This document shows, one piece after another, positions 21,619-32,283 of a stretch of 64,000 nucleotides of DNA. The stretch lies in sequence record NC_048638.1. One strand, 5' to 3'. The stretch is from Pseudomonas phage ZC03. The position numbers were made by a program, and so were the translations under genes. The number at the start of each line of letters is the position of its first letter. Position 1 is the first letter of the stretch. The notes under the pieces are model-generated. The model was not told the DNA's origin and did no database searches. It worked only from the letters and a program-made list of their open reading frames with translations.

Positions 21619-24327
21619 TCATGCAAGAATCAAAGTATTATCAAGGTTAATAACTTCCCTAAAAGCATTTAGGGATATGTTACTTACTTCTGAACCAGTC
21701 ATTAAAGTTCTAGCAAAGAATTGATCTGGTGATTCATTTATAACTACTGAATCCAGTATACGCTGATAGAATTCCGTTGGATTTATTGCAGCCCTATTTG
21801 CATATTCATTAGCATATAGGCTGTTTAAGTAATCACTCTGTTTCTGAAAATCTTCAGCATATTTTTGTGCCTCTGACTGAATAAATTCTAGTTGCTGCTG
21901 ATAGTATTTAGCCAGATCAGTTGAAATAGTACCAGCAAGCTTCACTAAGTTAACGCTATTGAAAGACTCAAGCAGGTTAATAGGTTGACCAGCAAAGTAG
22001 GAGTTCATGGTTGTAATAGCAACCATTGACACAATTGCAGCAACTATTAAACCAATTTCATCTCCAAAAAGCCGTGTAGCTGCTTCTGAGACGATTCTTG
22101 AAACGATAATACCTACAATAGCGTTAACAGCTGCTGCAAATACCAGTGCTGCAACCCCTGTAAGACCTATTGCTGCTGCTACCGCAGCCCCCAAAGATGC
22201 ACCAGCAGCTAAACCGGCAGGAGGAAAAACAATAACTACAACAATGATTAGTATGGTTATGATGATTTTAAACCAATCAGTCTGATACCACTTTTGTTTA
22301 GTATCTGAATAGTAGTTCAGCAACAGATACATGCATGAAGATCCAAACTGAGTTGAATCTACAAGACTCATATTTTTAAATGGTATCTCGTGAATAGGGA
22401 TAATAAACCCTGATTCATCATTATCATCTAACGCATCGTGAGCACGGATACGAATAGACTTACCTCTATGGATTGTGTTTTTACAGCTCAATCCGTAGAC
22501 AGTTAAGATTTCCCAGCTATCAGCATCTTTTTGGTACTTCAGCTTTATTGAAGTCCCATGAGGATTGGTGGTTTTAACCTGATTGTATGAGTTGTTGACA
22601 ATCTCAATAGCTGTAAATTCATCAGGTAATGGAGAATTTGTTTTCTCAATTACTACAGAACCAGGAGTCATTCCCTCTAGAACTCCTGAACCAGTCTCAG
22701 AATGGATATAACTCCAACTGATTTTATAGTTCAGGTTAAGTCTAGCTGTACTCCTTATTGTGATTTCCCTTAATGGAATTCTTGGGTAAGGAATAATCAC
22801 TGGTTCTGGAGTAGCATACAGAGGATTATCTGGGTCTTTCTGTGCTTCTACCCACTCTATCCAAGCTTCCCTGGATTCTTCTGCTATCTGCTGTGCATCA
22901 AGATACGAATTAAATTCATTGGCAGTCTCAGGAGAATAATCCCCAAAGGTTTTAAAGAAGTTATAGATGTACTTCTTCGCTGAGTTAGCTGGGGTATTTA
23001 GCGAGGAACCATACATTACATAGATATAGTTGATGTTTTTAACATCGTTGTTCTTTTTTAAGTTTTTTACGATGTCATCGTATGATTTTCTGGTTCCTGC
23101 TTTAGCAGCAATTTTTTTGCCTTTATCGTAAATCTGCTGATCAATTGGATCAGTACTGTCGCTAATAAAAATAGGTTTGGGGTTTGTCCCAGGTTTTCTG
23201 TCGTATCTGACTGGGATGATTGGGAAAAACTGACCTGAGGCAGTAGCCTCTGAGAACAAGGCATCAAAAATAGGATCATCCCCTCTCTTGTGGATGAATA
23301 CCTTTTGATCGTTTACCTTGAAAAGCTCGAATAGTTTTCTGTTGTATTGCAGAAACTTAGCTGGTTCTACTTTGTAATCTGTAGTAGTGGTGTATCTGGT
23401 AAATCCTTCAAATTCTTCTACTGTTTCTGTAACCTCAGGAACCAGTTTAAAACCTTCAGTGGTTATGTAGGTTTCATCAGTTCGCGTAGATATAGTTGAT
23501 GATTCTGAGGCAGGGGTATCAACAACTCTGTTGTACGTTTTAATTAGGTTTTCACGTGTATCAGATTTTGGCAGTACAAATTCTTGTACGTCTTCATAAT
23601 CAGGGTATACATCCCTGACTTTGACTACCTCTTCCCATTCATATGTGACATCTTTGGTTTCCTCTTCTACTGGATCACCAAAGCCCTCTACAGCTGTAAA
23701 GTCATCTACCTCGTGTGTTGGTATGTCTTCTTCTTCTATGAGGCCAGGAGTAGCCTGTACACCATATAAGACAAAGAGATAATCAGCATTGTTATCTACA
23801 ACACTTGGGTCTGAAGGAAATTCTAAAGACTCATAAGGCTCCAAAGCATCATCTGTTTCATAAAAATCAATCTGCATTGATGTCTCATCTTCATTGATGC
23901 TGACATCAAATATCTCATTAGCCCTCTCAGGTAAATGATCCAGAAGATATTGGAGACCCCACCATTCAAGGTCAGGTGCTCCTATCTCGTATTCATACAC
24001 ACTGGCAGAGATACCCAACCTGAAATTCAAAGCATCTCTTAGTGCGTTTGGATCTATATTCCCTTTGGACTGAATAGTGGCTTGGCTCTGACCTACAAGA
24101 TTGTAAAAGTCTAGCCTATTAGCCTTTTTGATTACCTGCCTGAGTTTTATGCCAATGCCATTAACATAACTTTGGTTAATAGCCTGACCCATGCTTGGAT
24201 ACGGTTGGTACATGGTTTGGTCAAAAACCAAAGTTTTTAAAAAGTTAGGTCTCTTATGTATATCCCCTGCTAGGTTATATACATCTGAGTAAACCTTAAC
24301 TTTTCTTTTACTTGAAAATAAACCCAC
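21619..24327 (-). CDS. large virion protein with long hydrophobic/transmembrane segment
   Basis: 902 aa; ~90-residue hydrophobic block (IIITILIIVVVIVFPPAGLAAGASLGAAVAAAIGLTGVAALVFAAAV...); position matches N4 gp53-like. Confidence 0.5.
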   Translation of the reverse strand: MGLFSSKRKVKVYSDVYNLAGDIHKRPNFLKTLVFDQTMYQPYPSMGQAINQSYVNGIGIKLRQVIKKANRLDFYNLVGQSQATIQSKGNIDPNALRDALNFRLGISASVYEYEIGAPDLEWWGLQYLLDHLPERANEIFDVSINEDETSMQIDFYETDDALEPYESLEFPSDPSVVDNNADYLFVLYGVQATPGLIEEEDIPTHEVDDFTAVEGFGDPVEEETKDVTYEWEEVVKVRDVYPDYEDVQEFVLPKSDTRENLIKTYNRVVDTPASESSTISTRTDETYITTEGFKLVPEVTETVEEFEGFTRYTTTTDYKVEPAKFLQYNRKLFELFKVNDQKVFIHKRGDDPIFDALFSEATASGQFFPIIPVRYDRKPGTNPKPIFISDSTDPIDQQIYDKGKKIAAKAGTRKSYDDIVKNLKKNNDVKNINYIYVMYGSSLNTPANSAKKYIYNFFKTFGDYSPETANEFNSYLDAQQIAEESREAWIEWVEAQKDPDNPLYATPEPVIIPYPRIPLREITIRSTARLNLNYKISWSYIHSETGSGVLEGMTPGSVVIEKTNSPLPDEFTAIEIVNNSYNQVKTTNPHGTSIKLKYQKDADSWEILTVYGLSCKNTIHRGKSIRIRAHDALDDNDESGFIIPIHEIPFKNMSLVDSTQFGSSCMYLLLNYYSDTKQKWYQTDWFKIIITILIIVVVIVFPPAGLAAGASLGAAVAAAIGLTGVAALVFAAAVNAIVGIIVSRIVSEAATRLFGDEIGLIVAAIVSMVAITTMNSYFAGQPINLLESFNSVNLVKLAGTISTDLAKYYQQQLEFIQSEAQKYAEDFQKQSDYLNSLYANEYANRAAINPTEFYQRILDSVVINESPDQFFARTLMTGSEVSNISLNAFREVINLDNTLILA

Positions 24328-24336
24328 GGATCAACC

Positions 24337-25161
24337 TCACGGAGTAATATCGAATCCGTTGTTATCTCTGAGAGTCTTCAGAACATCATCAATTCTGGCA
24401 TTGGTGAACCCATCAGGTGGTGTAATACCCTCGTCAATGGTTTTCATTGTGATCCAGGCATCAGTAAAGATTTTTGCTGCTTTAACCTCAGCGTCTCTCT
24501 GATAGGCAGTAATCTGCTGGTTGTACAGTGCTATCTGGGTATCTTGCAGTTCTGCCTGCTTGGCTAGAGTGATTTCTCTGTTAGCGACAGCATTTGCATA
24601 GGCTTCTTTGTTGGTCATCAGCTGCATCTTGCCATTAGCAAATTCGATCTGCTGATTGATCTGTTGCATCTGAGCCAGAGCAATCTGGTGCTTAGCCAGT
24701 TCTACTTGTGCCTTGGCAGTATAAGCATCATATAAGCCTTTCTGGGCCTGCCAGAAGGTAAGATCTCTCTGGAGTAGCAGTTGAGTAGCATTACCCAATG
24801 CTGCCTCAATAAGAGCAGAAAAGGTTCGAGAATACTCAGGACCATTAATCCTGCCTTTCTCGTATTCTGTTTGGAGAATGCCTCTTAGGCTTGTAATGAT
24901 ACGGTCAAAGGCACCTGTACCGTCTTCGTTAGTAAGCTCGTTTACTTCAACACGTTTAACAGGTCTGAGCATATCCCCATCAGGATCAAAGGGGATATTC
25001 CATTCATTGCTGTCGAAGTCTACAGCTGGGGGACAGATATCTGTAATACAAAAACACTGATCCCCAAGGAGAGCCTTGTACAAGATATCAGCATCTAAGC
25101 CAATTTCTTCCAGGCTTACATCTACAACGTAATCTTGATTTATAGGCATTTTTATCTCCAA
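24337..25161 (-). CDS. hypothetical structural protein
   Basis: 274-aa ORF in the late operon. Confidence 0.4.
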   Translation of the reverse strand: MEIKMPINQDYVVDVSLEEIGLDADILYKALLGDQCFCITDICPPAVDFDSNEWNIPFDPDGDMLRPVKRVEVNELTNEDGTGAFDRIITSLRGILQTEYEKGRINGPEYSRTFSALIEAALGNATQLLLQRDLTFWQAQKGLYDAYTAKAQVELAKHQIALAQMQQINQQIEFANGKMQLMTNKEAYANAVANREITLAKQAELQDTQIALYNQQITAYQRDAEVKAAKIFTDAWITMKTIDEGITPPDGFTNARIDDVLKTLRDNNGFDITP

Positions 25162-25188
25162 ACAAAAAGGGGGAGTTAATACTCCCCC
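25162..25188 (-). terminator. intrinsic terminator/attenuator (minus strand)
   Basis: GGGGGAGT-TAAT-ACTCCCCC hairpin followed on the minus strand by TTTTTGT. Confidence 0.45.
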
Positions 25189-25203
25189 GTATTAAAGCAT
25201 AAG

Positions 25204-25803
25204 TTAAATTCTGCCTGAGGCTCTTTGGTCTTTTGCCAGTTTCTCAAGTTCCTCTTTGGTAAGAGGAGGAAGAACTTCAATAGCAAATTCTTTTCTTTCT
25301 ACCTTGGTTTGGTAGGGCCTCCCTTGAGCATCTCGTTTAGTCGCAGTAACAGTAAAAGTTCTGCGTTTCATCATCTTGTAGATGGCATTAGGGACATGCC
25401 AACCATTCTCGCTGGCAGCACCATACGGAACATATTTCCTGATGGTGCCAATAACACTGTTAGCCACTGTAAAGAATTCACCAGGAACATCTTTTTTCAG
25501 TGGGTTCATATTGGTGTAACGAATGCGAATAAGCTTCTCTGCTTCTTTACGCAACTCGTTACGGGTAGGACCAGCAGGAGTTTCAGCAGCAGGAGCCTCA
25601 CTTTTCTTTACTGGTTCCTCTGTATCCTTATTACCTTCCATTGCTTTTGCTACTCGTTCCCTTAAGGTCTCTAAACCAATGTTATTGGAATAAGAAATAC
25701 CAAGCTGAGTAGCTCGACGTTTCAGCAGCGTAAGTTCATCTACAGTCACTTCAGTTTCTTCTTCTTGGTTCTCAGGTTGTTGAATATCTTTAGTCATGTT
25801 CAA
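25204..25803 (-). CDS. hypothetical structural protein (possible decoration/scaffold-associated)
   Basis: 199-aa ORF immediately downstream of the capsid gene. Confidence 0.4.
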   Translation of the reverse strand: MNMTKDIQQPENQEEETEVTVDELTLLKRRATQLGISYSNNIGLETLRERVAKAMEGNKDTEEPVKKSEAPAAETPAGPTRNELRKEAEKLIRIRYTNMNPLKKDVPGEFFTVANSVIGTIRKYVPYGAASENGWHVPNAIYKMMKRRTFTVTATKRDAQGRPYQTKVERKEFAIEVLPPLTKEELEKLAKDQRASGRI

Positions 25804-25815
25804 TCCCTAATTAGA

Positions 25816-25843
25816 TAAAAAAGGGGGAGTGTTACCTCCCCCC
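25816..25843 (-). terminator. intrinsic terminator downstream of the capsid gene (minus strand)
   Basis: GGGGGAG-loop-CTCCCCC hairpin followed on the minus strand by a T6 run. Confidence 0.5.
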
Positions 25844-25850
25844 ATTGAAC

Positions 25851-27047
25851 TTACAGAGGTGCCACAGTCTTAGCAACTGCAATACGCTCAGGACGGTAAA
25901 CCAGCATACCGTAGTACCAGGTCAGGCTGGAAATACCAATCTTGCCGTAAGGATCGTTGTAGTCCATCGCTTCCTTACCGTAGTTTCTGGTCATTACGTT
26001 AATGCCCAGTTTCTTACCATCGTTCTGGAAGCCCAGAGCGGTGAAAGAGTCATCCCCAACAACAAGCATTGGATATACGTCATACCTGCCGTCGGTAGCA
26101 CGGAAGCCAGGGTTGGCGTTAGTCTCTACAGCACCAGCACCCGCCCAGTGGAGCATTTCAGGAACCTGAATGACACGGAAGGCATCAATCGAACCAATCT
26201 CACCGTTCAGCAGGTTACCTGCGTCAGCATAGTGCTGCACTTCGATGAAGGCTTTGTTGCCAAAAGAATCCTTCAGAGTCTTCAGATGAGGAACCAGCTC
26301 GGAACCAACATACATGATACGGGATGCAGGGATCACACGAGTATCAGTAAATCTGGAACCAGAGATGATTGTGGTATTACGAGGTGTACGGTTCTCGGTC
26401 AGAATCTGATCCAGACGCATAATATCTGCGTGACTGATCAGAGACGGAGTAGGACCTTCACCTGTAATCTCATCATCAGCTGTTGCAGCACCAGCAAACA
26501 GTTCCACACCAGCGTTAGACAGGAGGTCAATCTGGAGTTGTGCTTCCTGGATCTGAACAGCACCGTTCATCAGTTCACGAGACAGGTGTTCACGAAGCTG
26601 ATCATCCGAGTCGAATTCAATTGAGTCCTTAGTGAACTCAGTGAACATACCAAACTCGGAAATTTCACCTTCCAGAGTTAATCGTTTGAAACCTACACGG
26701 TTAACTCGACCACCGTTCTCAGACAGAACTGGCAGCTTACCTTTGATGGTTCCAATATCTTTGCTAGAACCATACAGGTTACCGTCTGCAATGGTTACAC
26801 CATTGGCGTCGATACCTTGGTCGTTGATGTTGCGATCATCTAACAGAGGAACGTACTCAAACACACGGATGGTTTTACCGTAGTGTTTAGGCATGTTCTT
26901 CACGTTAGCCAGAGGGAAGAAGTACTGTTCCTTACGAGCTTCGATAATTGCTTTACGGAGCCACAGGAACGACTGCATCTGGTCGGAACCAGGACCATCA
27001 ATAGATGATTTCTGGCCAGCAATTGGAGCATTGTAATTTAAAGCCAT
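25851..27047 (-). CDS. major capsid protein (N4 gp56-like)
   Basis: 398 aa, the same size class as the N4 MCP (~400 aa). It lies between the scaffold/portal genes and the vRNAP operon, with a strong terminator downstream. Confidence 0.65.
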   Translation of the reverse strand: MALNYNAPIAGQKSSIDGPGSDQMQSFLWLRKAIIEARKEQYFFPLANVKNMPKHYGKTIRVFEYVPLLDDRNINDQGIDANGVTIADGNLYGSSKDIGTIKGKLPVLSENGGRVNRVGFKRLTLEGEISEFGMFTEFTKDSIEFDSDDQLREHLSRELMNGAVQIQEAQLQIDLLSNAGVELFAGAATADDEITGEGPTPSLISHADIMRLDQILTENRTPRNTTIISGSRFTDTRVIPASRIMYVGSELVPHLKTLKDSFGNKAFIEVQHYADAGNLLNGEIGSIDAFRVIQVPEMLHWAGAGAVETNANPGFRATDGRYDVYPMLVVGDDSFTALGFQNDGKKLGINVMTRNYGKEAMDYNDPYGKIGISSLTWYYGMLVYRPERIAVAKTVAPL

Positions 27048-27058
27048 ATTTTAATTTC

Positions 27059-28186
27059 CTAAAGCCTGTTTTTCATTGCCTCAAGGAACTTGTCATCATC
27101 AAGATTCATCAAGTCCTCTAAGACTACTGACGAGGTTCGCTTACCTGAGTTTGGTGCTCTGGCAGCTTTTGCCCTCTTTGTACTACTGGGGGCTGAACTT
27201 CGGGAAGCTTTTCGGGTATCAATAGGCTGTTTTGTAGTATCGTTTTGAGGTTGACCAAAGAGTTGGTTCCCAACGATATTGTACTTCTCCAAGATACTAC
27301 CGTGCGGATGCAATATTCCTAAAGTGGTTTGTCTGTCGATTTCATTCATGATTTGATCGTAGACGCCACTTACCCTCTGTTCATGGATGATCTTAAAAGC
27401 ACTTGGGTTGTTCCACATAAATCTTGTGGACTCGTCATCCCAAGTATCAGCAATAAGTCTTAGAGTTTTAGCACCTTCTGGGTCAGAGTTTAACTCTTCC
27501 AGAATGGCTCTAGTCTCTAAAACTTCTTCTGAGACCATCTTTACTTTCGGTTTATAGTTTACTTCCGTAGAAGTGTCAACATCAAATGGGTCAATGTTAT
27601 TGTCTTTAAAGAACTTTTTAATTGCTTCTGGATTCTTATTCTTAAGATCTAGAAGGAATGCTAGTTCTTCATCAGTAGTAATCCCATTCTCTTGCAGAGT
27701 TGCAATAGTCTTTCGATGTTTACTGATCTCTTGCATCTTACGGGTGTAGTTAGCACCCATCTGCATGAGTTGAATTGCTTCCTGAGCATTACGAAGTTCA
27801 ATAGTTTTACCGTTTGCCTTAAACGGTTTCATGACAGTTTCATAAAACTCTTTGTAGTTTATGTCACTGTCTTGAACTGGTTCTTTTTGCTCTGGCTTCT
27901 GTTCTTTTAAGCCTTCATTCTGAGGAACAGGAGCAGGTTCATTCTCTTCCTTTTCCTCTTCAATCTCTTGATTGTGGTCCTGCTCTTCTTCTTGCTCCAC
28001 AGTTTCATCAAGTTCAGCTTCTTCCTCTGGTTCAACATCATCCTCAGGAAGGTCTTCATCTACTTGTGAATCTTGAGCAGTTTCTTCCTCTTCTTCTTCT
28101 TCAGGTTGGTTCTTCAATTCTTCCTGAAGAGAATCAAGGCTTTGCTCAAAATTCTTGATGAACTCTTCATCAGACTCGTAAGTCAT
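27059..28186 (-). CDS. scaffolding protein (acidic, Glu-rich)
   Basis: 375 aa with poly-E tracts (EEEEEE) and coiled-coil character; position between portal and MCP. Confidence 0.5.
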   Translation of the reverse strand: MTYESDEEFIKNFEQSLDSLQEELKNQPEEEEEEETAQDSQVDEDLPEDDVEPEEEAELDETVEQEEEQDHNQEIEEEKEENEPAPVPQNEGLKEQKPEQKEPVQDSDINYKEFYETVMKPFKANGKTIELRNAQEAIQLMQMGANYTRKMQEISKHRKTIATLQENGITTDEELAFLLDLKNKNPEAIKKFFKDNNIDPFDVDTSTEVNYKPKVKMVSEEVLETRAILEELNSDPEGAKTLRLIADTWDDESTRFMWNNPSAFKIIHEQRVSGVYDQIMNEIDRQTTLGILHPHGSILEKYNIVGNQLFGQPQNDTTKQPIDTRKASRSSAPSSTKRAKAARAPNSGKRTSSVVLEDLMNLDDDKFLEAMKNRL

Positions 28187-28521
28187 TACGCTTCCTCCCT
28201 GTATTCAGCAACCAGTTCAGCTTCACATTCTTCAATATCTCGCAGATTAGCTTCTGCACGATTACCCATCATCTCTACAGCATGGAAGTATTCTTTCAGA
28301 TGGCCTGCTGCCTGACATTTAGCCAAAGCATCTTCCCTTACCTCTGGGGAGTTAGTAACTAACCCAGACATTCGAGCATATCTAGCACAATCCTTTTCCA
28401 TGAACGCCTCTTCGATTACAGCTTTAAAGTCTTTATTTTTGTAAAGACGTAGCAAAGCATCTCGAAGAGCAACTCGTTCTTTATTCAATCGTTTTTCTTC
28501 TGCAATTTGATTTACAGACAT
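28186..28521 (-). CDS. hypothetical protein
   Basis: 111-aa ORF between the portal and scaffold genes. Confidence 0.35.
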   Translation of the reverse strand: MSVNQIAEEKRLNKERVALRDALLRLYKNKDFKAVIEEAFMEKDCARYARMSGLVTNSPEVREDALAKCQAAGHLKEYFHAVEMMGNRAEANLRDIEECEAELVAEYREEA

Positions 28522-28524
28522 TAA

Positions 28525-30765
28525 TTATCTCCCAATGAATTCATCGTTATTTACTGGACCCGTGCCTGCTTGATTGTTCCTCGGTGGGTATAATCTTGCA
28601 GTCGAGTTCTCAGCTAACTCAGTTAATTTATTGAAGCCTATAGCTGCTGCAATATTAGGGGGAATCTCTCCAGGCTTGGTGGATTGAACCAGTGCCTTAG
28701 TAATTGTGAGATCCTGGTTCCCTTTGGCTTGTGCTTTCTGTTTCTCCAGATCTCTCTGGTGTTTAATACCACTACCTTGCTCGAATGTATCTAGGTTGTC
28801 TTTGTCTCCTTTAGCTTCACGTTGTTTGGCATCTGCAAGATTTCTTGCAATTTCAGATTTTAATTTTTCAATCTCAAGTTGTGCTTTTTCAAGTTCCAGT
28901 TGCTGAAGCATTAGTTCATGTTCTGATGGTTCACGTCTAAAGTTTCTAAGTTCTTCAGCTACATCAGGCATTCTCTTCAGAGATGCAATTTCAGCAACCA
29001 ACTTGAGTGCTGCTTCTGGTCCTGCAATAGGACCAATAGTCTGAGCCATGAATGCCAGATCTTGTGCTTTGGCATCATCTACTTCTGCTGTAGAGATATC
29101 AACAATAAGATCATAATTTCCTTTTAGATCTTCTCTGTTGATTTCAATAAATTCTCTGTTGGTTACTCTTACTACTTCAACCTCATCCAGAAACTCAGCA
29201 TTCATGGCAATGATTTTTTTGCCAATCTCAACTACACCTTTTGCCAACCTTCTGAGAATAGCCATTTCGCGTTTAGAGGTTGCATCCAATGCTCCCTTAA
29301 TACCTGTTGCTACTTGGCCGTAGGCTGAACCAGAAATACCTCCTGAGAATGCTTTTACCCCTGACATAGATTCAGCTTCTTGATGCTGAAGCTCCCAAAT
29401 AGTTAATGCACTATTTGGAATTTCAGGGTACTTGTGGGTGTACACAGCAGTAGCTGGATGGAGACCAGCTTGGGGGTTATAAACGTAGTCCTGTCCTTGC
29501 TTGAATTTCCTCTCGTTAACCATGTCAAGGAAACCGGCAGGAATACCAGTTTGAGCATTGGCATTTCGACCTAACAGGTCAATCATGCCTCTCATAACTG
29601 CACCAGCAATGATTTGGTTATCCCTCAGCAGTTCACTATCTGGTTCACCAAAAAGCTCTCGTTTTACTGGCAGATAGGGGATAACAACAAAGGGAAGCTT
29701 GCCATCAGGGAATGGAGACTCCTCCATTCGAATCAATACGTTACCTACCCAGGTAGCTACAATGGGAACCATGATCCCATCATCATGAATATCGTGATAT
29801 CCCCAGTATTCATAAGCAGTGACTTTGGTTTTCATTTCATCTTGGAATTTAAAACCAAACTCTTTATCTGCCCTGTCTGGGTCTACAGATGTCTCAGACC
29901 ATTTGATCTTGTCTAGATTCTTGTAGTTGGCAGCATTCTTTAGAAGCTCGTGCTTACTGGTTTCGTAGGCATGTACAACAAAGAGTGCATTGTCCAAATT
30001 ACCTTTACAGGTAGGATCAATGTATACGTCTTCCGGATCTAGAACATCAACGGTAGGTCTGTTGATGAGGGTTTTCTCTACCTCTTCTTCAACATATCCA
30101 GAGATCTCTACACGAACAGGAATACCTGTTTCTCGGTAATATGAAACAGCTTCTCGCATTTCCTCTGGAACTGTTTCATTAAACTCTCTTGGATTTTGAA
30201 TGCTGAATTCAGTTAGCTGATTCAGCTGATCCAGTAACATCAGAAACTCTTCGTCTTCTGGACCTTGTGGCTCTAACGGGTAGTACTCAAATACAGGTAC
30301 TTCTTCAATTACTTTAGTGGTTTGGGTTTCCCAACCCACACGACAAATAGCTGTACCTTCATCTACGACTGATCTTACAAGATCATCAATGAATTTGATT
30401 TTGTCGATTTTGGTTCTGAATTGCCAGTTGAGAACCAGCTCATTCTGTACAGCACCTTCTTTATCTTCAAAAGTAACAGGAATGACTTGGAAGAGTTTTT
30501 CTGAGCTGAGGAAGGGTTCTGTGAGTGCAGAGTATCTCCATTCAGCTTGCTTACGGGCAAGCTTGGGTTGAACAGATGATCTCCCAGGAACAGAAGGAGG
30601 GGCATACTTTCCCTTAGCTGCCATAAGATCACGCCAATCTTGAATCTTGGCCATCTGATCTCGATGGGCAGTTTTGGAATCATTGAACAGACCTTGGAGT
30701 TCAGACAGAGTGGGTTCTTTTTCCCAATCTGTCAGTGGTCTTGGATTATCATTCATTTCCATCAA
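28525..30765 (-). CDS. portal protein (N4 gp59-like)
   Basis: 746 aa; size and synteny (terminase ... portal - scaffold - MCP). Confidence 0.65.
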   Translation of the reverse strand: MMEMNDNPRPLTDWEKEPTLSELQGLFNDSKTAHRDQMAKIQDWRDLMAAKGKYAPPSVPGRSSVQPKLARKQAEWRYSALTEPFLSSEKLFQVIPVTFEDKEGAVQNELVLNWQFRTKIDKIKFIDDLVRSVVDEGTAICRVGWETQTTKVIEEVPVFEYYPLEPQGPEDEEFLMLLDQLNQLTEFSIQNPREFNETVPEEMREAVSYYRETGIPVRVEISGYVEEEVEKTLINRPTVDVLDPEDVYIDPTCKGNLDNALFVVHAYETSKHELLKNAANYKNLDKIKWSETSVDPDRADKEFGFKFQDEMKTKVTAYEYWGYHDIHDDGIMVPIVATWVGNVLIRMEESPFPDGKLPFVVIPYLPVKRELFGEPDSELLRDNQIIAGAVMRGMIDLLGRNANAQTGIPAGFLDMVNERKFKQGQDYVYNPQAGLHPATAVYTHKYPEIPNSALTIWELQHQEAESMSGVKAFSGGISGSAYGQVATGIKGALDATSKREMAILRRLAKGVVEIGKKIIAMNAEFLDEVEVVRVTNREFIEINREDLKGNYDLIVDISTAEVDDAKAQDLAFMAQTIGPIAGPEAALKLVAEIASLKRMPDVAEELRNFRREPSEHELMLQQLELEKAQLEIEKLKSEIARNLADAKQREAKGDKDNLDTFEQGSGIKHQRDLEKQKAQAKGNQDLTITKALVQSTKPGEIPPNIAAAIGFNKLTELAENSTARLYPPRNNQAGTGPVNNDEFIGR

Positions 30766-31291
30766 GATGATTCCTGTCGTTTTTAATTAGGCTAATAAAA
30801 TTCTGAGCAGCTACTCTACACTGTTTAAGATCTGCTCTGAACTCTTTAACCAATTCTCTGCCCTCAGTAAGAGATCTGTCGAGTCTGGCAGCGTGTTCAG
30901 CAAGCTCTCTGCATTGATTGCCTGCATTTTCTGCTCTTGCTCTATATATATTACTTCTCTTTTCGGATTCCCACATCCTGCCATTAAACTCGCTACGAAG
31001 ATCAGTAATATGTTTTTCATATTCATTTTTAGTTTCTTCAAGTTGGGCGAGAATCTCTGATTGTCTCTTGGCGTGTTCTTCCAGCTTCTGTCTGTGCTTT
31101 TCTTTGAGTTCTTCTATTTGCAGTCTTATCTGGTACTTTTCTTCGCTGTTTTTTAAGTTTGTTCTGTAGGTGCCTGTGTTGTACCCCAAAACAAAAACAA
31201 CCACTAGAACCAGAAAGAAGAGGAATACCTCTTTAATTTTCATTACATGATTCCTCTGGAACATTGCCAATTCTGTTGGAGAACCAACCAA
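30749..31291 (-). CDS. i-spanin (Rz-like): N-terminal TM + coiled coil
   Basis: N-terminal hydrophobic helix FLFFLVLVVVFVLGY followed by charged coiled coil; adjacent to the endolysin and holin. Confidence 0.55.
   Translation of the reverse strand: MVGSPTELAMFQRNHVMKIKEVFLFFLVLVVVFVLGYNTGTYRTNLKNSEEKYQIRLQIEELKEKHRQKLEEHAKRQSEILAQLEETKNEYEKHITDLRSEFNGRMWESEKRSNIYRARAENAGNQCRELAEHAARLDRSLTEGRELVKEFRADLKQCRVAAQNFISLIKNDRNHLDGNE
30811..31041 (-). CDS. o-spanin (Rz1-like lipoprotein) embedded in the Rz frame
   Basis: 76 aa in the +1 frame entirely inside the Rz gene; lipobox LMAGC after a signal peptide. Confidence 0.55.
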   Translation of the reverse strand: MKKLKMNMKNILLIFVASLMAGCGNPKREVIYIEQEQKMQAINAESLLNTLPDSTDLLLRAENWLKSSEQILNSVE

Positions 31292-31817
31292 CAGTAAAAT
31301 CCTGAAGATTTGTTAAGCTAAGGTAATGGTATCCCTGCTGAGCATCTAAAGATCTAAGCATCAGCTTACATGTAAGAACACTGCCTCTCTTCTTAATCAA
31401 AGCTTTATGGGCTGCTAATGTATTAGGCCCAATAACACCATCCACTTTGATACAAGAATAGTCTTTACAGTTTCTGGAGAAGCTATTTAAAGATGTTTGA
31501 TACCACTTTGCTGCTCTTCCTTGTCCTACATTTACTCCAGCATCTACCAGTTTTTTACCTACTGGTTCAGATAACTCAATTACCCCATCAAATCCTGGTT
31601 TGTAAACGTAAGTTTGAGCATAGATATCAATAGCTACTTCTTCAGGAAGATCCTTCATGGAACCAGTATAACCATGCTGAACAGCAGTGGACTTGGTTAT
31701 ACCTTTATTGGTTTCTCCACCAGGATCTGAGGGGTGGTCAACATAACCACCCTCTACAGCCAGAATGCTAAGTATGATTGCTAGAATAGCACTAGGATAC
31801 TTAACACTCTTCTTCAT
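31233..31817 (-). CDS. endolysin, GH108 N-acetylmuramidase type (N4 gp61-like), with N-terminal signal/SAR-like segment
   Basis: EGGYVDHPSDPGGETNKGIT, the GH108 signature; hydrophobic N-terminus. Confidence 0.7.
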   Translation of the reverse strand: MKKSVKYPSAILAIILSILAVEGGYVDHPSDPGGETNKGITKSTAVQHGYTGSMKDLPEEVAIDIYAQTYVYKPGFDGVIELSEPVGKKLVDAGVNVGQGRAAKWYQTSLNSFSRNCKDYSCIKVDGVIGPNTLAAHKALIKKRGSVLTCKLMLRSLDAQQGYHYLSLTNLQDFTVGWFSNRIGNVPEESCNEN

Positions 31818-32130
31818 ACATAGATACTCCAGCCCTTAGTTTTTCCATTCTAAGAGCATGAAGCTCTTGCCTTCTTCTTTCTTCTTCTTGTAATTGTGCT
31901 TTCTCTAGTTCCCATTTTTCTTTGTTTCTTAGATTTTGTCTTCTCTGAAAATACAGGTTAAAGGCAAAACCAAGAACAGTAAGAATGATCCCCAGTAAGA
32001 CAGCAAAGCCACTGCTAGACAGATATCCCAGAATAAGGGATATTGTCCCGCCCCCCATACTCTTTGTTCCCAGCGATATCATTGTGCTGTCCACAGTACT
32101 ACTACCTACATTTTCAAGGGGTTTCATCAC
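31801..32130 (-). CDS. holin-like membrane protein
   Basis: 109 aa with two hydrophobic helices; immediately upstream of the endolysin. Confidence 0.5.
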   Translation of the reverse strand: MMKPLENVGSSTVDSTMISLGTKSMGGGTISLILGYLSSSGFAVLLGIILTVLGFAFNLYFQRRQNLRNKEKWELEKAQLQEEERRRQELHALRMEKLRAGVSMYEEEC

Positions 32131-32283
32131 GCACCTCGACTCTTGAGGAATCCAGGATACGCATATTTTTTATATCTCTGTGGGATTCCGTTGGTTTATT
32201 GATATCGTCAAAGAATACTGAACTGTTACTTATCAGTACTGGTTCTTCAATAATTTCAGGTTCTTCCCAACCTTGAAGTTCCA

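Noticed and set aside
25845-26624. 259-aa plus-strand ORF antisense to the capsid gene
   Set aside because: Entirely inside the MCP gene on the other strand and of low complexity; no start context.
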